NCBI RefSeq assembly: GCF_006345805.1
Contig: NC_043005.1
Coordinates: 109,244,001-109,308,000, forward strand
Length of the DNA stretch: 64,000 nucleotides
Direction: 5' to 3'
Source of the DNA: Octopus sinensis
Taxonomy: Eukaryota
Shown here: positions 1 through 12,630 of the stretch, one piece after another
Layout: each line of letters opens with the position of its first letter
Numbering within the stretch: position 1 is the first letter of the stretch
The notes under the pieces: generated by a model
Seen by the model: only the letters and a program-made list of their open reading frames with translations
What the model was told of the DNA's origin: nothing
Databases searched by the model: none
Position numbers and translations under genes: made by a program

Positions 1-799
1 GTGTCTGTGTATTTATAAATATATATATAAATATATATATATATTCTTGTGTGTCTGTGGTATTTGTGTACAAGTATATACACACACGGGTATATGATGT
101 TATGCAATAAATTGCCTTTCTTCACTGATAAACGAATGAAGACCATCACTGAATGTTTGGAATAGCATCGTCTTTCATAGCTTGTTGTTTCCAACTGAAC
201 ATTTACCATTGAAGCTAAATGAGCAGATCACTGAGATGAAATAATCCTCGACGATGCAGCTGGGTAGGTAGGAATAAGGGTCTGTGGTGGGGGGAAATAA
301 ATGACATGAGAAATGAAGGGAAATGAAAATGAAAGAATATTGGAAAGAGGTAAGAAACAACATGCATCGTAAGAAAGAATGATGAAAGACACTAATATTT
401 TGAGAAATATGTATATATATATATATAAATATATATATAAATTTATATACATGTGTATGCATGAGGACTTATTTGTTTATATTTATATGAGATGTTTAAA
501 TGCAGGCAAAGCATGTACTAAATATTTATTGTGAAAGAAAGTAAAAGTTCCATATATAATAAAGGAGAGAAAAGATATTCTTCATAACAAAGTATATAGA
601 ATTTTTTCTCTTTTTCTTTTTGTTTTTCCAATAAATGGTTTCACCTTTCTTTTTTCTCCCACTGAAATTAAATTGATCATTAAAAATAGATGACAAAATT
701 TTTCATTATTTAATTTCAAATATTTGGTAATTGTTATACATGGAAGAAATATCAGAAATAGTAGTAGATACTGAATTTTTGTTTTTATGTAACACGAGC

Positions 800-909
800 A
801 ACCCTAACCCCCGTCCAATGGACGGTGCTGAGTTGTCAAACATTTAAACCAAATTTTCTCAAAACAACTTGTCCGACCGTCCCATAGGCCTCCCCTTTGA
901 GAAACACTG
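800..909. mobile_element. hAT-type DNA transposon terminal fragment
   Basis: TTGAGAAACACTG at 897-909 is the reverse complement of CAGTGTTTCTCAA, a hAT/Charlie-type TIR. No partner TIR was found. Confidence 0.3.
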
Positions 910-1281
910 ATTTAAGCTAAATTTGAGACACCAGCAAAAGAAGAAATAAAGATTGGCTTTTTTTCTATTCCAAAGAAAAACGATTTTATTCACACAAATA
1001 TGCAACCGAAGAGTTTAAAGTACCAGTAATGATAAGGCTCCTGACTGGGGGAACACAAACATGGTTTAAATAGTAAGCTTGGCAGGAAAGAAACATGCCT
1101 TTAAGCAGTACAAAAATAACAAAAAATGGAAGGTGCAGTTATGTACAGGTTGACGGAAGAAAAGCAAGACAAAAACGATGCGTGCAAATGGGTAAATCTA
1201 GATGGAAAAGCATGATCAATTTATGAGAACGTACCTGGGACAATAACAAGTTTATCCGATAAAGCATGTAGGAAATCAACT

Positions 1282-1470
1282 TGCACGTTCCCACGACTTT
1301 ATCGATCGCATTCTCACCTGGAATCGATTTTTGTAAATTTTTCAAGACTTATACACGCCCTGATACCGTCGGTTTCTACATATCAAAATTTGAACCCAAT
1401 CGGATGGAGGATGCCGGAGATCCTAGAAGACACACACACAGACAGACAGAACGGATTTTATATAATAGAT
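1282..1470 (+). mobile_element. 3' end of Helitron-like non-autonomous element
   Basis: Closely similar to 20827-20998. Ends in an (AC)n/ACAG microsatellite plus TTTTATATAATAGAT, the same terminus type as 46932-47281 and 59299-59807. Confidence 0.45.
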
Positions 1471-1494
1471 TTGTTTTGCATAAATTTGTTTAAT

Positions 1495-1804
1495 AACAAT
1501 TGCAGCGTGGAAGGTGTTTATAAGCCATTTAAGAAACACACAAAAACTGTTAGATTCACTTCAACATTTAAATTTAATTTGTCAAAATATTCTCGTCGCT
1601 TTGAGACTGCGACCTGTTCACTGACAAAATTCCATGCTGCATCTCGGAATTTTGAGATGCAGCACAGAATTTTGTCTGTGAACAGGTCGCGGTCTCAAAG
1701 CGACGAGAATATTTTGACAAATTAAATTTAAATGTTGAAGTGAATCTAACAGTTTTTGTGTGTTTCTTAAATGGCTTATAAACACCTTCCACGCTGCAAT
1801 TGTT
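1495..1804. repeat. long foldback palindrome (~151-bp arms, 8-nt loop)
   Basis: 1495-1645 is the reverse complement of 1654-1804, with about 4 mismatches read by eye. Confidence 0.95.
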
Positions 1805-1910
1805 TTCGTTCCTGAACACGATCTCAGATCAGGTCACTTGCTATGCAAGTGCATCTCCGTAATATATATATATATGTTTTATTATTAAAGCTGCAAAGAC
1901 ATCCCGAAAT

Positions 1911-1952
1911 AACTGCTACTCAGAGTTTCAGGTTACCTTTCATCCGACAGTT
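1911..1952 (-). ncRNA. type-I hammerhead-like motif (U4G variant)
   Basis: Minus strand reads AACUGU-CGGAUGA-A-AGG(UAA)CCU-GAAAC-UCUGA-GUA-GCAGUU. Stems I, II and III all pair. Confidence 0.55.
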
Positions 1953-2412
1953 GTGGTTCAGAATCACAACTGAATCACAAGTGTCCGACAAACGTTTGGA
2001 ATTTTTCAATAAAAAGATGCTCCTTGTTGATTTTTTCCTGTGTAGAGATTCTGTCTTTACACAATAAAAAGGGAATATATGAAATGTGGGAGTTTTATTT
2101 CTAGTGCAAGAGTCTATTTGGCTACTGGGTGGAATTTGACGGTTAATTTTGTATATATTTATTATTATTTAAAAAAAACATTGTAAATTTCTTTTTTCCT
2201 CTTGTTCAATTTAAAAAACATTTTTTCCCCTTCCAAATCTTGAAAATTTGCCTTGCAATGAAAGCCAGTTTGATTTCTTTTTTTAATTTTTCAAACACTC
2301 GTTTTTATTAAAGTTTACTTTCAGTTTAGCATTCTGCCTTATTTTTTCCTCTCCTATCATTTCTCCACGTGTTGTTAACACAACCCCCATCATTTACTGA
2401 CTTATATATATA

Positions 2413-2975
2413 TATATACGAAAGAAGGTTTGAAAATGCAATTTAAAAGATGTTTATTTACTTAACCGGTTTCACTCTTTGGAAAAAGATTGTCAAAAGT
2501 AACATATGGAAGTTTGGTTGCGTTAATTATTGGTTGTTGCAAATTTCTACATTACATGTATATATACAGTCTTTGGTAACAGGGACATGTTAAGGACATA
2601 AAAAAGTACAACAGTAGGATGAGAATATAAAGAGGTTTAACAAGCTCATTGAAAAAATGGGCAGAAAAGATTAAAACAAATATATTATACATCTCAGGGT
2701 AAATATATTTGTTTTAATCTTTTCTGCCCATTTTTTCAATGAGCTTGTTAAACCTCTTTATATTCTCATCATACTGTTGTACTATTTTATGCCCTTAACA
2801 TGTCCCTGTTACCAAAGACTGTATATATACATGTAATGTAGCAATTTGCAACAACCAATAATTAACGCAACCAAACTTCCATATGTTACTTTTGACAATC
2901 TTTTTCCAAAGAGTGAAACCGGTTAAGTAAATAAACATCTTTTAAATTGCATTTTCAAACCTTCTTTCGTATATA
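2413..2975. repeat. long foldback palindrome (274-bp arms) of Penelope-type terminal repeat
   Basis: 2413-2686 and 2702-2975 are reverse complements with about 4 mismatches. Each arm has a decayed hammerhead-like motif (2887-2929 +, 2459-2501 -). Confidence 0.9.
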
Positions 2976-3011
2976 ATTCCACTCGTGCGATACCCCACAA
3001 CTCAACTTTGT

Positions 3012-3067
<56 letters not shown>

Positions 3068-4288
3068 ATATATATATATATATATATATGTACCTATATA
3101 TTTATACATATATACATACATACAACATTCAAATTTACTTCATAGTTTAAAACTTGCAAAGAAGGTACGTATATTTTAAGATCTCCAAATTGTAATTTTT
3201 AATATGTATAAGCCTTTGAATAATATTATTCTCCTTATGTTAATCTTGTTGTTTATGTAGTGATCTATTTATCGTATTTTTCTTTGTTATTAGTTTTAAA
3301 TAATTTAGACAAACTTTGATAAATAGATATGTTTCGATTTAAAATGGTTTAGGCCATGTTTAATAATAGAATAATTTTATATAAGATAATATTCCCATTC
3401 ATAAATTTGTTTATAGTAATTATAGTATTTTTTAATACTATATTACTAAGTAAGGAATATTCCTATAAGTATGTAACTGAGTATCTGTGTCTACTGGATT
3501 TGTTCCTCCTCTGTGTTAGAGTATTGCAGTGCGAATACGTTTATGTATGAATGATTGTATGTGTGTGTGTGTGAGTATGCATTATTAATGTGTAGAAATA
3601 TTGTCTTTATGTATTTGTGTATGTATAAATATATAAGTGTGTGTGTGTTTATTTACGTATTTATATATGTTTATTACATGCATATAGTATATAGAATATA
3701 TATGTGTGTGTGTTTGTTTACGTATTTATATATGTTTATTACATATATATATAGTATATAGTATTTAATAATATTTTACTAAGAATGAAATATTTCTATA
3801 AGTTTGTGGTTGAGTATCTGCGGCTACTGGATGTTATATTTCCTCTGTGTTAGTATCATACTGAGAGAATATGTTTATGAATGAGTGATTGTATGTGTGT
3901 GTGTGGGAGTATGAATAAGTAATGTGTAGAAGTATACGGCTACATTATAAATTTATCTTTGTCTATATGTTTATGTGTATGTATAGATATATATGTGTGT
4001 GTGAGTTTGTGTATGTATTTAGATATGTTTATATACATACATGGATATATGTGCATGAGCATGTGTGTATATATATTTTTTATTTTTTTGTTTTTTGAAA
4101 TTAGCTATTTCATCTTTAAATATGAGAATTTAAATATACTAGGTTTCATTATATACAATCGTTTTATAGAGGTTATTTTAGTTCTTGATTATATTATATA
4201 TATTTTCATTGATAATTTTATATTTTATATATATTAGTCATTTCAAATTTATATCTTTAAAATATTGATTATATTTTAGGTCTTGAAA

Positions 4289-4334
4289 CCACCTGATGAA
4301 TGTCCATAGAAATGACAAGAAACGATCGTAGTGG
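4289..4334 (+). ncRNA. type-I hammerhead ribozyme motif in Penelope-type terminal repeat
   Basis: CCAC-CUGAUGA-A-UGUC(9 nt)GACA-A-GAAAC-GAUC-GUA-GUGG: intact core, palindromic loop III, stem I CCAC/GUGG. Confidence 0.65.
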
Positions 4335-5842
4335 ATATCTTAATTATATTTAATTTATATAAAAAATTTTATGTATTGGATTAAGTCTTTCTTTGTTTGA
4401 TTTGCATAATAGTGCTTTTGTCTCTAATTAATATTATATTATATTTTACTATAAAATTTGATTCAATCCTAAATCTAATTTTTCCCTGTAAATTTGGATT
4501 TATTCCCTAATATTTATATATATATATATATATACATATATACACATACACACACACACATATATATATATATATATCAAACTTTAAATTGTAAGTCATT
4601 ACAAGGGTTATAGAACTTATCTCAAAATCATTTTCCCATGCACTCCACCACCCTGCTCCTTACTTTATAAATTCATCTTCTTTATAAGTTTAGTATAAAG
4701 AACTTTGGAGAGATAGAATATTATTATGTCGTTATAAAGTACAAAAGAAATATAATACAGTAGAATCCTACTTTATCTCAGATTATTGTCAAAGAGATCA
4801 TCGTATTATATTGAGGCCCCACAAAGACGTTTGCAGGAACAAATGAGAACTTATTTTTTCTTTTCTTTCTTTTTTTTTACTTCACTGTCAATAAAGAAAA
4901 TATTTTAAAAATAGAAATGTATGTGTGTTGAAAAGAAAGGCCACCGTTCCATTTCCTGGTCAATACTATTTTTAATAATGGGAGATATATAATTAATTGC
5001 ATGGTTACTGAGATATTGTTTGAACCTCTCACTTGCAGAATGTTTTAGCGCTTTTGTTTTTCCTTTCTTTCACATTGCAAAAGACTGAACAGAATTTTAC
5101 ATTTTACATGACCTAAATGTCAGCTAAGTGGGAGGTTAAAGTGTCTGGAGGGGGAATTATTTGATACCATTACCAAAGAATTTCTTGATGTCATTGTCTG
5201 GAAAGGAAATTATCTGATATCCTATGGAAGAATTCAGTAAAAGACCAAGTTTTTAGTGATATATGACATTGATAATAATGGGCTCAAATTTTGGCACAAG
5301 GCCAGCAATTTCACGGTAGGAGGGTAAGTCAATTATATCAGCCCCAGGTCTCAACTGGTACTTATTTTATTAACACCAAAAGGATGAAAGGCAAAGACAC
5401 TTGCCCAAGGTGAAATACAGTGGGACTGAACCTGAAACCATACCACATGCCTTTTTTGTTACTTGCTATATCGCTGCATACCTCTGTCCTCTGCCATTGT
5501 CACTAGGCATCTTCTCTCTCTTCCGCACTTCAGATCATCTTCCTATTTTTCATCCATTTATCATTTTATAATACTTTTACTCTCTACCTCCCCATTTCAT
5601 GTTTTGCCATCCATCTTTCAATGACCACACATTTTATGTATTGCCAGCTATCATCTCCTCCTCCTCCCTGACCCACTCCTATTTTCTATTACCTTGCCAC
5701 CCCATACTAAGATTTACCATTGACCACCCCTACACCCAAGTTCATCATACACAGCATTCCTCTCTAAAAGTAAGAGAGAGTGTATATGTATGCATTGAAT
5801 CACAATAACATGATTAGCTATTTTATTGCAGATGTTGTTTAA

Positions 5843-6064
5843 CCCTTTTGATACCAACCCGCCTGAAACCGCCTCTGGGTCTGTAGTACAAATGTCTTGT
5901 TTCCAAAAGTTCTGAATTAAAATCTTCCACCAAACCTTAGTCACAATTTATGTTCCTAACACTAGCTTAATGATACACTAAATTATTTTACGAATTCTTC
6001 GTTATATTTAAAATTAATTGAAAGAAACAAAGAGCATCTCAACAGAAATATGGTAAGAAAAGGA
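5843..6064. mobile_element. piggyBac-type MITE
   Basis: TTAA on both sides (5839-5842, 6065-6068), CCCTTT...AAGGA ends, and a second copy at 11071-11291. Confidence 0.7.
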
Positions 6065-6434
6065 TTAACCCCTGTGTAGCCCCAGTTCAGTCCATTTTGA
6101 ACAGGTCTAAGATCAAAGATATTCCAGAAGCAACCATTCCAACTTTTTGTTTACTCAATATAACAGTTTCTTTGTTCTCTCTTTTTTAGGCAGTGATGTC
6201 CCCTATGACAATCATTCCAAATCATCTGTCATTCACTTTCACACTCTCACAAATTTACCCAACCAGCCAGCTTCAGTTCTCTGTCCCCATTCTCCCTTTA
6301 TTCACTGTGGGTATTGCCTTGAGGGTATTGCCCTGACTCCTCATCTCCATCATCCTTCCTCTTTTTCTAACTGGGGATGCCATATATCTCCTCTACAGCA
6401 AGACATCCTTTTTTTTATCTCCCAATAATATCTT

Positions 6435-6720
6435 AGTCTTTCCACATCATCATCATCATTGTTTGACCGTGGTTGAGACAATGGAATTTACCATGCTACG
6501 CCAGACTTCACGGTTCATCATGGCATTATGGAGGTCCTGTTGCTGGATGCCTGTATCCCTGGAGATTACATCAGGGTAGGAGAGTGTGCGCCCTCTGTTA
6601 TTGCGAGTAGATAGCTTCCAGAGGAGAAGAGTAGAAATTACCTCTTTTTCAGCTCTACAACAATGTCCAGCAAACTGGACTCTCCTACCTTTCACAAAGG
6701 TCCTTCCACAATTGGCACAC
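6435..6720 (-). mobile_element. RTE-like LINE 3' end
   Basis: Translates to RRVQFAGHCCRAEKEVISTLLLW...RGRTLSYPD...NREVWRSMV, the C-terminal pattern of RTE-clade RTs, followed by a (GAT)n tail. Confidence 0.7.
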
Positions 6721-7614
6721 TGCTACCTCTCTCTGTACTACATCCCTAAATTTGTCAAGGGGTCTTGTCTTGTAAATTACTTGGTGACCTTACAAATGCT
6801 GATACCACAAAAAAGCACCCGGTATAATTCATATAGTGGTTGGCATTAAAAAGGGCATCCAGTTCTAGAAACCATGCTAATGTGTACATGGAATATAGAT
6901 GCAGATGTCAAATTGTGAAGACACTTGCCCAAGGTCCCACACAGTGGGGCTGGATCTTGAACCCTGTGGTTGAAAAGCAAGCTACTTACCATGCAGCCAT
7001 GATTGCATCTATATATATACATATATGTATAAATGTGTATATGTGTGTATGTGCGTGTGTGTGTGTGAGTGTGTATAAACATATATATCAATAAAACACA
7101 TACAGATGTTTTTACATCTCTATATAGTCATGAGTGAACATAGACAAACTAAAAATTCATCAAACTAGAGTTCCAGCATGGCCGCAGTAAAAGATATCTA
7201 CACACAAACTCCATAGACACAAACATGGGAGATTTACGGGTAAATGAGAATATGTGATGCTCATGATGTTTTTATCATCATTATTTCCAATATATGTAAA
7301 CAAAATAAGATGCTTTTTTTCATCAGGAATTTAAAATGGCTTAAAAAGGGAAACCAAAACAAGCTCTATTTGTATTCTGTACGACACAATACTAGAAGTT
7401 ATTAACAGATGAGAAACTGTGAGCAGGAAGCAAGTTATAGGTTTAGAAAAGTCTACTACACATTCCGTGATTCCATGACAAAAAAATGTCTTGCTGCCAA
7501 TCATAATAAGTGCCAAGATCTTGGCTAAGATTAAGCCAGTTTAATCAAATAAAACATAAGTCTGAAAATAATCTTCTTTTCTAAGAAAACACTTCACTTT
7601 CATTAACTGATGCC

Positions 7615-7760
7615 ATGTTTTCTTCTTCTTCTTCTTCTTCTTCTCTTCTTCTTCTTCTTCTTCTTCTTCTTCTTCTTCTTCTTCTTCTTCTTCTTCTTTT
7701 TATCATCATCATCATCATCACCACCAGCAGCAGCAACAAAAACAGCAGCAGCATCATAAT
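7615..7760. repeat. compound microsatellite (TTC)n(ATC)n(CAG)n
   Basis: Read directly from the sequence. Confidence 0.95.
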
Positions 7761-9219
7761 GCATATCATTGCCTTCATCACACATATGTACACGCATGTG
7801 TGTATGAATATGTCATTATATACGTACATGAATACATACATGCATACAATCATACATGCATACATATATATATATATATATATACATACACACACACACA
7901 CACACACATGCATGCATATACAGGCATGTGTTTCAATGTCTGTATGCTTAAGTACACATACATATATATCTATATATTCATTTGTGCAAACACATAGACA
8001 AACATATATTTGTATGTATTTCTATACACAACATATATGTGTGCATATAAGCACATATATATAAGCAATAATAAATCTCTGAACGAGGTATAAACAGAAG
8101 CTGCACAACAATGTGAAGTATATTTGCCACTTAAATGTGGCTAACCACTAAGGGTGGATGCTACTGTAGCTTGTAGCCCCAGGAATACACCTCCTCCAGC
8201 TGGCTATTGACACACTTTCTGTGCCCTATCAGTATTTTTAAAGGGAAGTCATCCTTCCCATCGTCAACCTGACGAGATATGCACAAACCCGGGGAAAATA
8301 TGTTTTGTAAATAAATCAATAATAGATATTAAAAAAAACGTATAGCAGATACTGAGTGTACAACTGGACAGGAGACTGTCATAGAAGGTCCCTAATTCTT
8401 CATCAGTTATCAGCCAGATGGTATAACTCAGTTTTGTACCATTAATGATAAGACTGAGAACTACCCATGCTAGTGGTGCCTGCGAAAGTGGTGGAGAATG
8501 TAAGGCCGAGAGAAAACAAGACAATACTTAGTGGACAAACAAAAGTGGATAAATGTAATTTATAAAAGATGAAATAAATATGAAATGAGCAAAATATAGC
8601 CCCAGGGCCAAAAAGACAGGAGTGGTGGGTAAATCTTAGAAGGCATTCTAAATGATTAGAAAGCAACAAATAGCAAGACAATAGGACACAGAGAATTTTA
8701 GGAGCAGGCAACAATGCAACTGGTGTAGAAAAGAGAGTGAAAGAAAGAAAAGCTGGCCACAGGTCACGTGTTAGCAGCAGGCAGAGGAAAAAGAGGGCAA
8801 GTCAGAGGGAGAGAGAGAGAAAGTAACAGAAAGAAAACAAAGGAATGGATGAAGAAGGAGAAAGGAGAAATGCTAGAAGAAGGCAAAAGGGAGAAAAAAG
8901 GAGAAAGAGGAAAAGCTAGAAATGGAAGTAAAAGGATGAGAGAGAGAAAAGAGAAAAAAGGACAAAGGTGAAGGCTAGAAATATATATGAAGATAAATTA
9001 AATATAGTGATATGTTCATACACACATTTATATACATGTATATGTATACACACATATATATATACATACATGCATTTACATGCAACACGCACATACATGT
9101 GTACCTATATGTATGTATGTATGTATGTATGTTGTAGGTATGTAATATTTATTGGTTTAACAATTTACAGAGTTGTCCATATTTTCAAAGCTACTTTTTC
9201 AAATAGAGCAGAGAATATA

Positions 9220-9700
9220 TCATCATCATCATCATCATCATTTAGCGTCCGCTTTCCATGCTAGCATGGGTTGGACGGTTCAACTGGGGTCTGGGGAGCC
9301 CGAAGGCTGCACCAGGCCAGTCAGATCTGGCAGTGTTTCTACAGCTGGATGCCCTTCCTAACGCCAACCACTCCGAGAGTGTAGTGGGTGATTTTATGTG
9401 CCACCGACACAGGTGCCAGACGAGGCTGGCGAACGGCCACGCTCGGATGGTGTTTTTATGTGCCACCGACACAGGTGCCAGACGAGGCTGGCAGACGGCA
9501 ACGCTCGGATGGTGTTTTTATGTGCCACCGACACAGGTGCCAGATGAGGCTGGCGGACGGCCACGATCGGATGGTGTTTGTTACGTCCCCAAAGCACGGA
9601 GGCCAGTCTATGCGGTACTGGCTACGGCCACGTTCGGATGATTTTCTTGTGTGCCACCGGCACTGGTACCACAAAGATACAAATTCCATTTATGTTCATC
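9220..9700 (-). mobile_element. RTE-3'UTR-derived repeat with (GAT)n tail and internal 62-bp tandem repeat
   Basis: GGAAGGGCATCCAGCTGTAGAAAC...CATGCTAGCATGGAAAGCGGACG(GAT)n family. Other copies at about 24355-24448, 29057-29192, 31023-31385, 40160-40620, 42151-42460, 56044-56338 and 61395-61585. Confidence 0.85.
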
Positions 9701-10079
9701 TATTTTGATTTGTTTTGATTTGATTTGATTTGATTTGATTTTCACTTGCCTCAACAGGTCTTCACAAGTGTCACAAGAAGGAAGGTATGCATATATATAT
9801 ATATATATATGTAAAAAAATACAAACTGGGACAAGAACGTAAAACATTAGAAGACGATACAAAAAACACGGACGGGACATTCGAAGCCTTCAATCTTCAG
9901 TCAAGAACCGGATCATCTTCGCAATTTCGATATATATAAATATATATACTGCACAATACAAGAATATCAGATACGTACATACGTTGACATTATGTGCGCT
10001 TATTTGTGATTATATAAGTACTTTTATAAGTATGTATGTGTACATATAAATACTCACATATTCTTTTCTTTTCTACTCT

Positions 10080-10273
10080 ATGCACAAGGCCCAAAATTTG
10101 TGAGGAGGGAGCAGTCGATTAGATCGATCCCAGTACTCAACTAGTACTTAATTTATCGACCCTGAAAGGATGAATGACAAAGTCGACCTCGGTGGAATTT
10201 GAACTCACAACGTAAAATCAGACGAAATACCACAAAGCATTTCGCCTGGCATGCTAATGTTTCTGCCAACTCG
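10080..10273 (-). mobile_element. tRNA-derived SINE (family with CCTTTCATCCTTTCGGGGTCGAT central domain)
   Basis: B-box-like GAGTTCAAATTCC; homologous to the copies at 10409, 11561, 44180, 45905 and 58423. Confidence 0.8.
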
Positions 10274-10408
10274 TGACCTTATACACATATTACACACATA
10301 TTTAAATATACACACACACACAAACGCATATACATATATATATGTGCTTTTATATGTCACTAGCACAGGTGCTTTTATGGGTCGCTGGTATGGATGGGTT
10401 GCTGGTAC

Positions 10409-10645
10409 AAGGCGGCGAGCTGGCAGAAACGTCAGCACGCTGGGCGAAATGTATAGCTGTATTTCGTCTGCAGTTATGTTCTGAGTTCAAATTCCGCCAA
10501 GGTCGACTTTGCCTATCATTCTTCCTGGGTCGATTAAATAAGTACCAGTTACGCACTGGGGTCAATGTAATTGACTTAATCCGTTTGTCTGTCCTTATTT
10601 GTCCCCTCTGTGTTTAGCCCCTTGTGGGTAGTAAAGAAATAGGAA
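10409..10645 (+). mobile_element. tRNA-derived SINE, full length
   Basis: Head GGCGGCGAGCTGGCAGAAAC, B-box-like GAGTTCAAATTCC, tail ...GTAAAGAAATAGG. Confidence 0.85.
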
Positions 10646-10669
10646 ATAGGTAAGGAAGCTTTTATGTAT

Positions 10670-10940
10670 TGGTGGCATGAGTGCTTGTTACATGACACCA
10701 GTATCAGCCACAGCCACGATTTCCCATGGATTAACGAGTTTTCTCAAGCACAGCGTATTACCAAGGGTCTCTATCACTTGTCATCACCTTGGTGAAGCCA
10801 ACATTGAAAAATCATACTTCACCACCTCATCCAATATCTTCCTGGGTCTACCTCTCTCACAGGTTCCCTCAGCAGTTGGAGATCAGCATTTCTTTACACA
10901 GCTGCCCTCATCCATATGCATGTTTTCATTCAGTCGCAAG
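10670..10940 (-). mobile_element. RTE LINE 3' coding end and start of 3'UTR
   Basis: Translates to MDEGSCVKKC..EGTCERGRPRK, the RTE C-terminal motif. Confidence 0.6.
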
Positions 10941-11070
10941 ATCACAAGTCACAAGATAACCAGTATGGCTGGTCTTATGTGAAGTCAGTTGAAAATCTAA
11001 GGTGAAAGCAGCTTTATTTGAGATTCTTGCTCTGTGAAAGATTCAGACATCAGCTTTACATGAAACTTAA

Positions 11071-11291
11071 CCCTTTTGATACCAACCCGGCTGAAACTGG
11101 CTCTGGCTCTTTAGAACAAATGTCTTGTTTTCATAAGTTTTGAATTAAAATCTTCCACCAAACCTTAGTCACAATTTATGTCCCTAACACTAGCTTAATG
11201 ATAATTAAGTTATTTTACTAAATTCTTTGTTATATTTAAAGTAATTGAAAGAAACACAGAGCATCCTAAAATAAATATGGTAATGAAAGGG
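11071..11291. mobile_element. piggyBac-type MITE
   Basis: TTAA|CCCTTT...AAAGGG|TTAA termini; homologous to 5843-6064. Confidence 0.8.
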
Positions 11292-11560
11292 TTAAGTAAC
11301 ATTCCTGAATTTCTGAAGTACTATACAAAGACATATTTGGCCTCACTATTATTAATCATTCATTTCTACTTAACACATGCATATTCCATCACATTATGTG
11401 TATGCATGTGAGTGTGTGTGTGTCCATGGATGTGTATGTGTGAGGGAGTGCGTGTGCATTTATGTTCAATGCTGCAGATCAATGGTGAGTCAGTATCTTT
11501 TTGTCAAAGACTGAATTAGTGACTTTTCTAAATACACAAATACCAGACCAAAATGTATAT

Positions 11561-11780
11561 CTATTTCTTTACTACCTACAAGAGGCTAAACACAGAGAGG
11601 ACAGACAAACGGATTAAGTCAATTATATCGACCCCAATGCGTAACTGGTACTTATCTAATCGACCCCGAAAGGATGAAAGGCAAAGTCAACCTTGGCGGA
11701 ATTTGAACTCAGAACGTAGCAGCAGACGAAATACCATTAAGCATTTCACCCGGCATGCTAACGTTTCTGCCAGCTTGCCA
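11561..11780 (-). mobile_element. tRNA-derived SINE
   Basis: Reverse-complement copy of the 10409-10645 family. Confidence 0.85.
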
Positions 11781-12289
11781 CCAAAATGTATATAACGGGG
11801 GACCATAGGATTGCTTAAACTCAGTGATGATAATTCTGCCATAATGATGGTATTCCAATGATTGATAGCAGTAAAAGACATTATATATGTGTATGTACAC
11901 ATGTGTGTGTGTGTGTGTATGTGAGAGTGTTTGAATAGTGAAGGAGTTCACTTCCCAATCATGTGCTTTTGGATTCAATCTCACCGTGTACCACCTTGGG
12001 TAAGTTTTCTATTATAGCCCCAAGCTGAATAAAATCTTATGAATGAATTTGGAAGTCAGAAAATGAAGGTATCTGTATGTATATGATTATATGTGTGTAT
12101 ATATGTTCCCTTGTTTTGACATCATGTGATAATTCCAAGCAAACCTCCCTGTCATATAAGAAGAGTGATTCATTTCCAAACCTCTATTGTTATATTACTG
12201 ACCCTGGGGAAATATTATATTGCTTGCAACATGAAGTTACATTGGGATGAAGAAAATCTCACTGTATTGACCAGATTATTGGGTGTTCT

Positions 12290-12590
12290 ATATTTAAGAG
12301 ATGAAAAATTATGTACATTATTTACATTATTTACATTTGACGGATACTTGTCCTCATCTTGTTTGTTAACACAACGTTTCGGCCAATATACCCTCCAGCC
12401 TTCATCAGGTGTCTTGGGGAAATTTCGAACCTGGGTTCTCATTCCTAAGGTATTCTTCAATGTTGTTGTTGTTATTATTATTATTATTATTATTATTCAG
12501 TAGTTTTATTTTTATAGCGTGCTTTCACTTCACTACCGAGCACAGCTCTGTGTGCCTTGGGTATGTGCTGTGATTTGTTGTGATGCTCTG

Positions 12591-12630
<40 letters not shown>

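Noticed and set aside
9392-9670. CRISPR-like regular repeats
   Set aside because: The units are contiguous 62-bp tandem copies without unique spacers, inside a retroelement tail; no cas genes and a eukaryotic context.
9880-9930. Hammerhead-like CUGAAGA on the minus strand
   Set aside because: GAAA and stems I and III cannot be formed convincingly; probably a decayed Penelope-type fragment.
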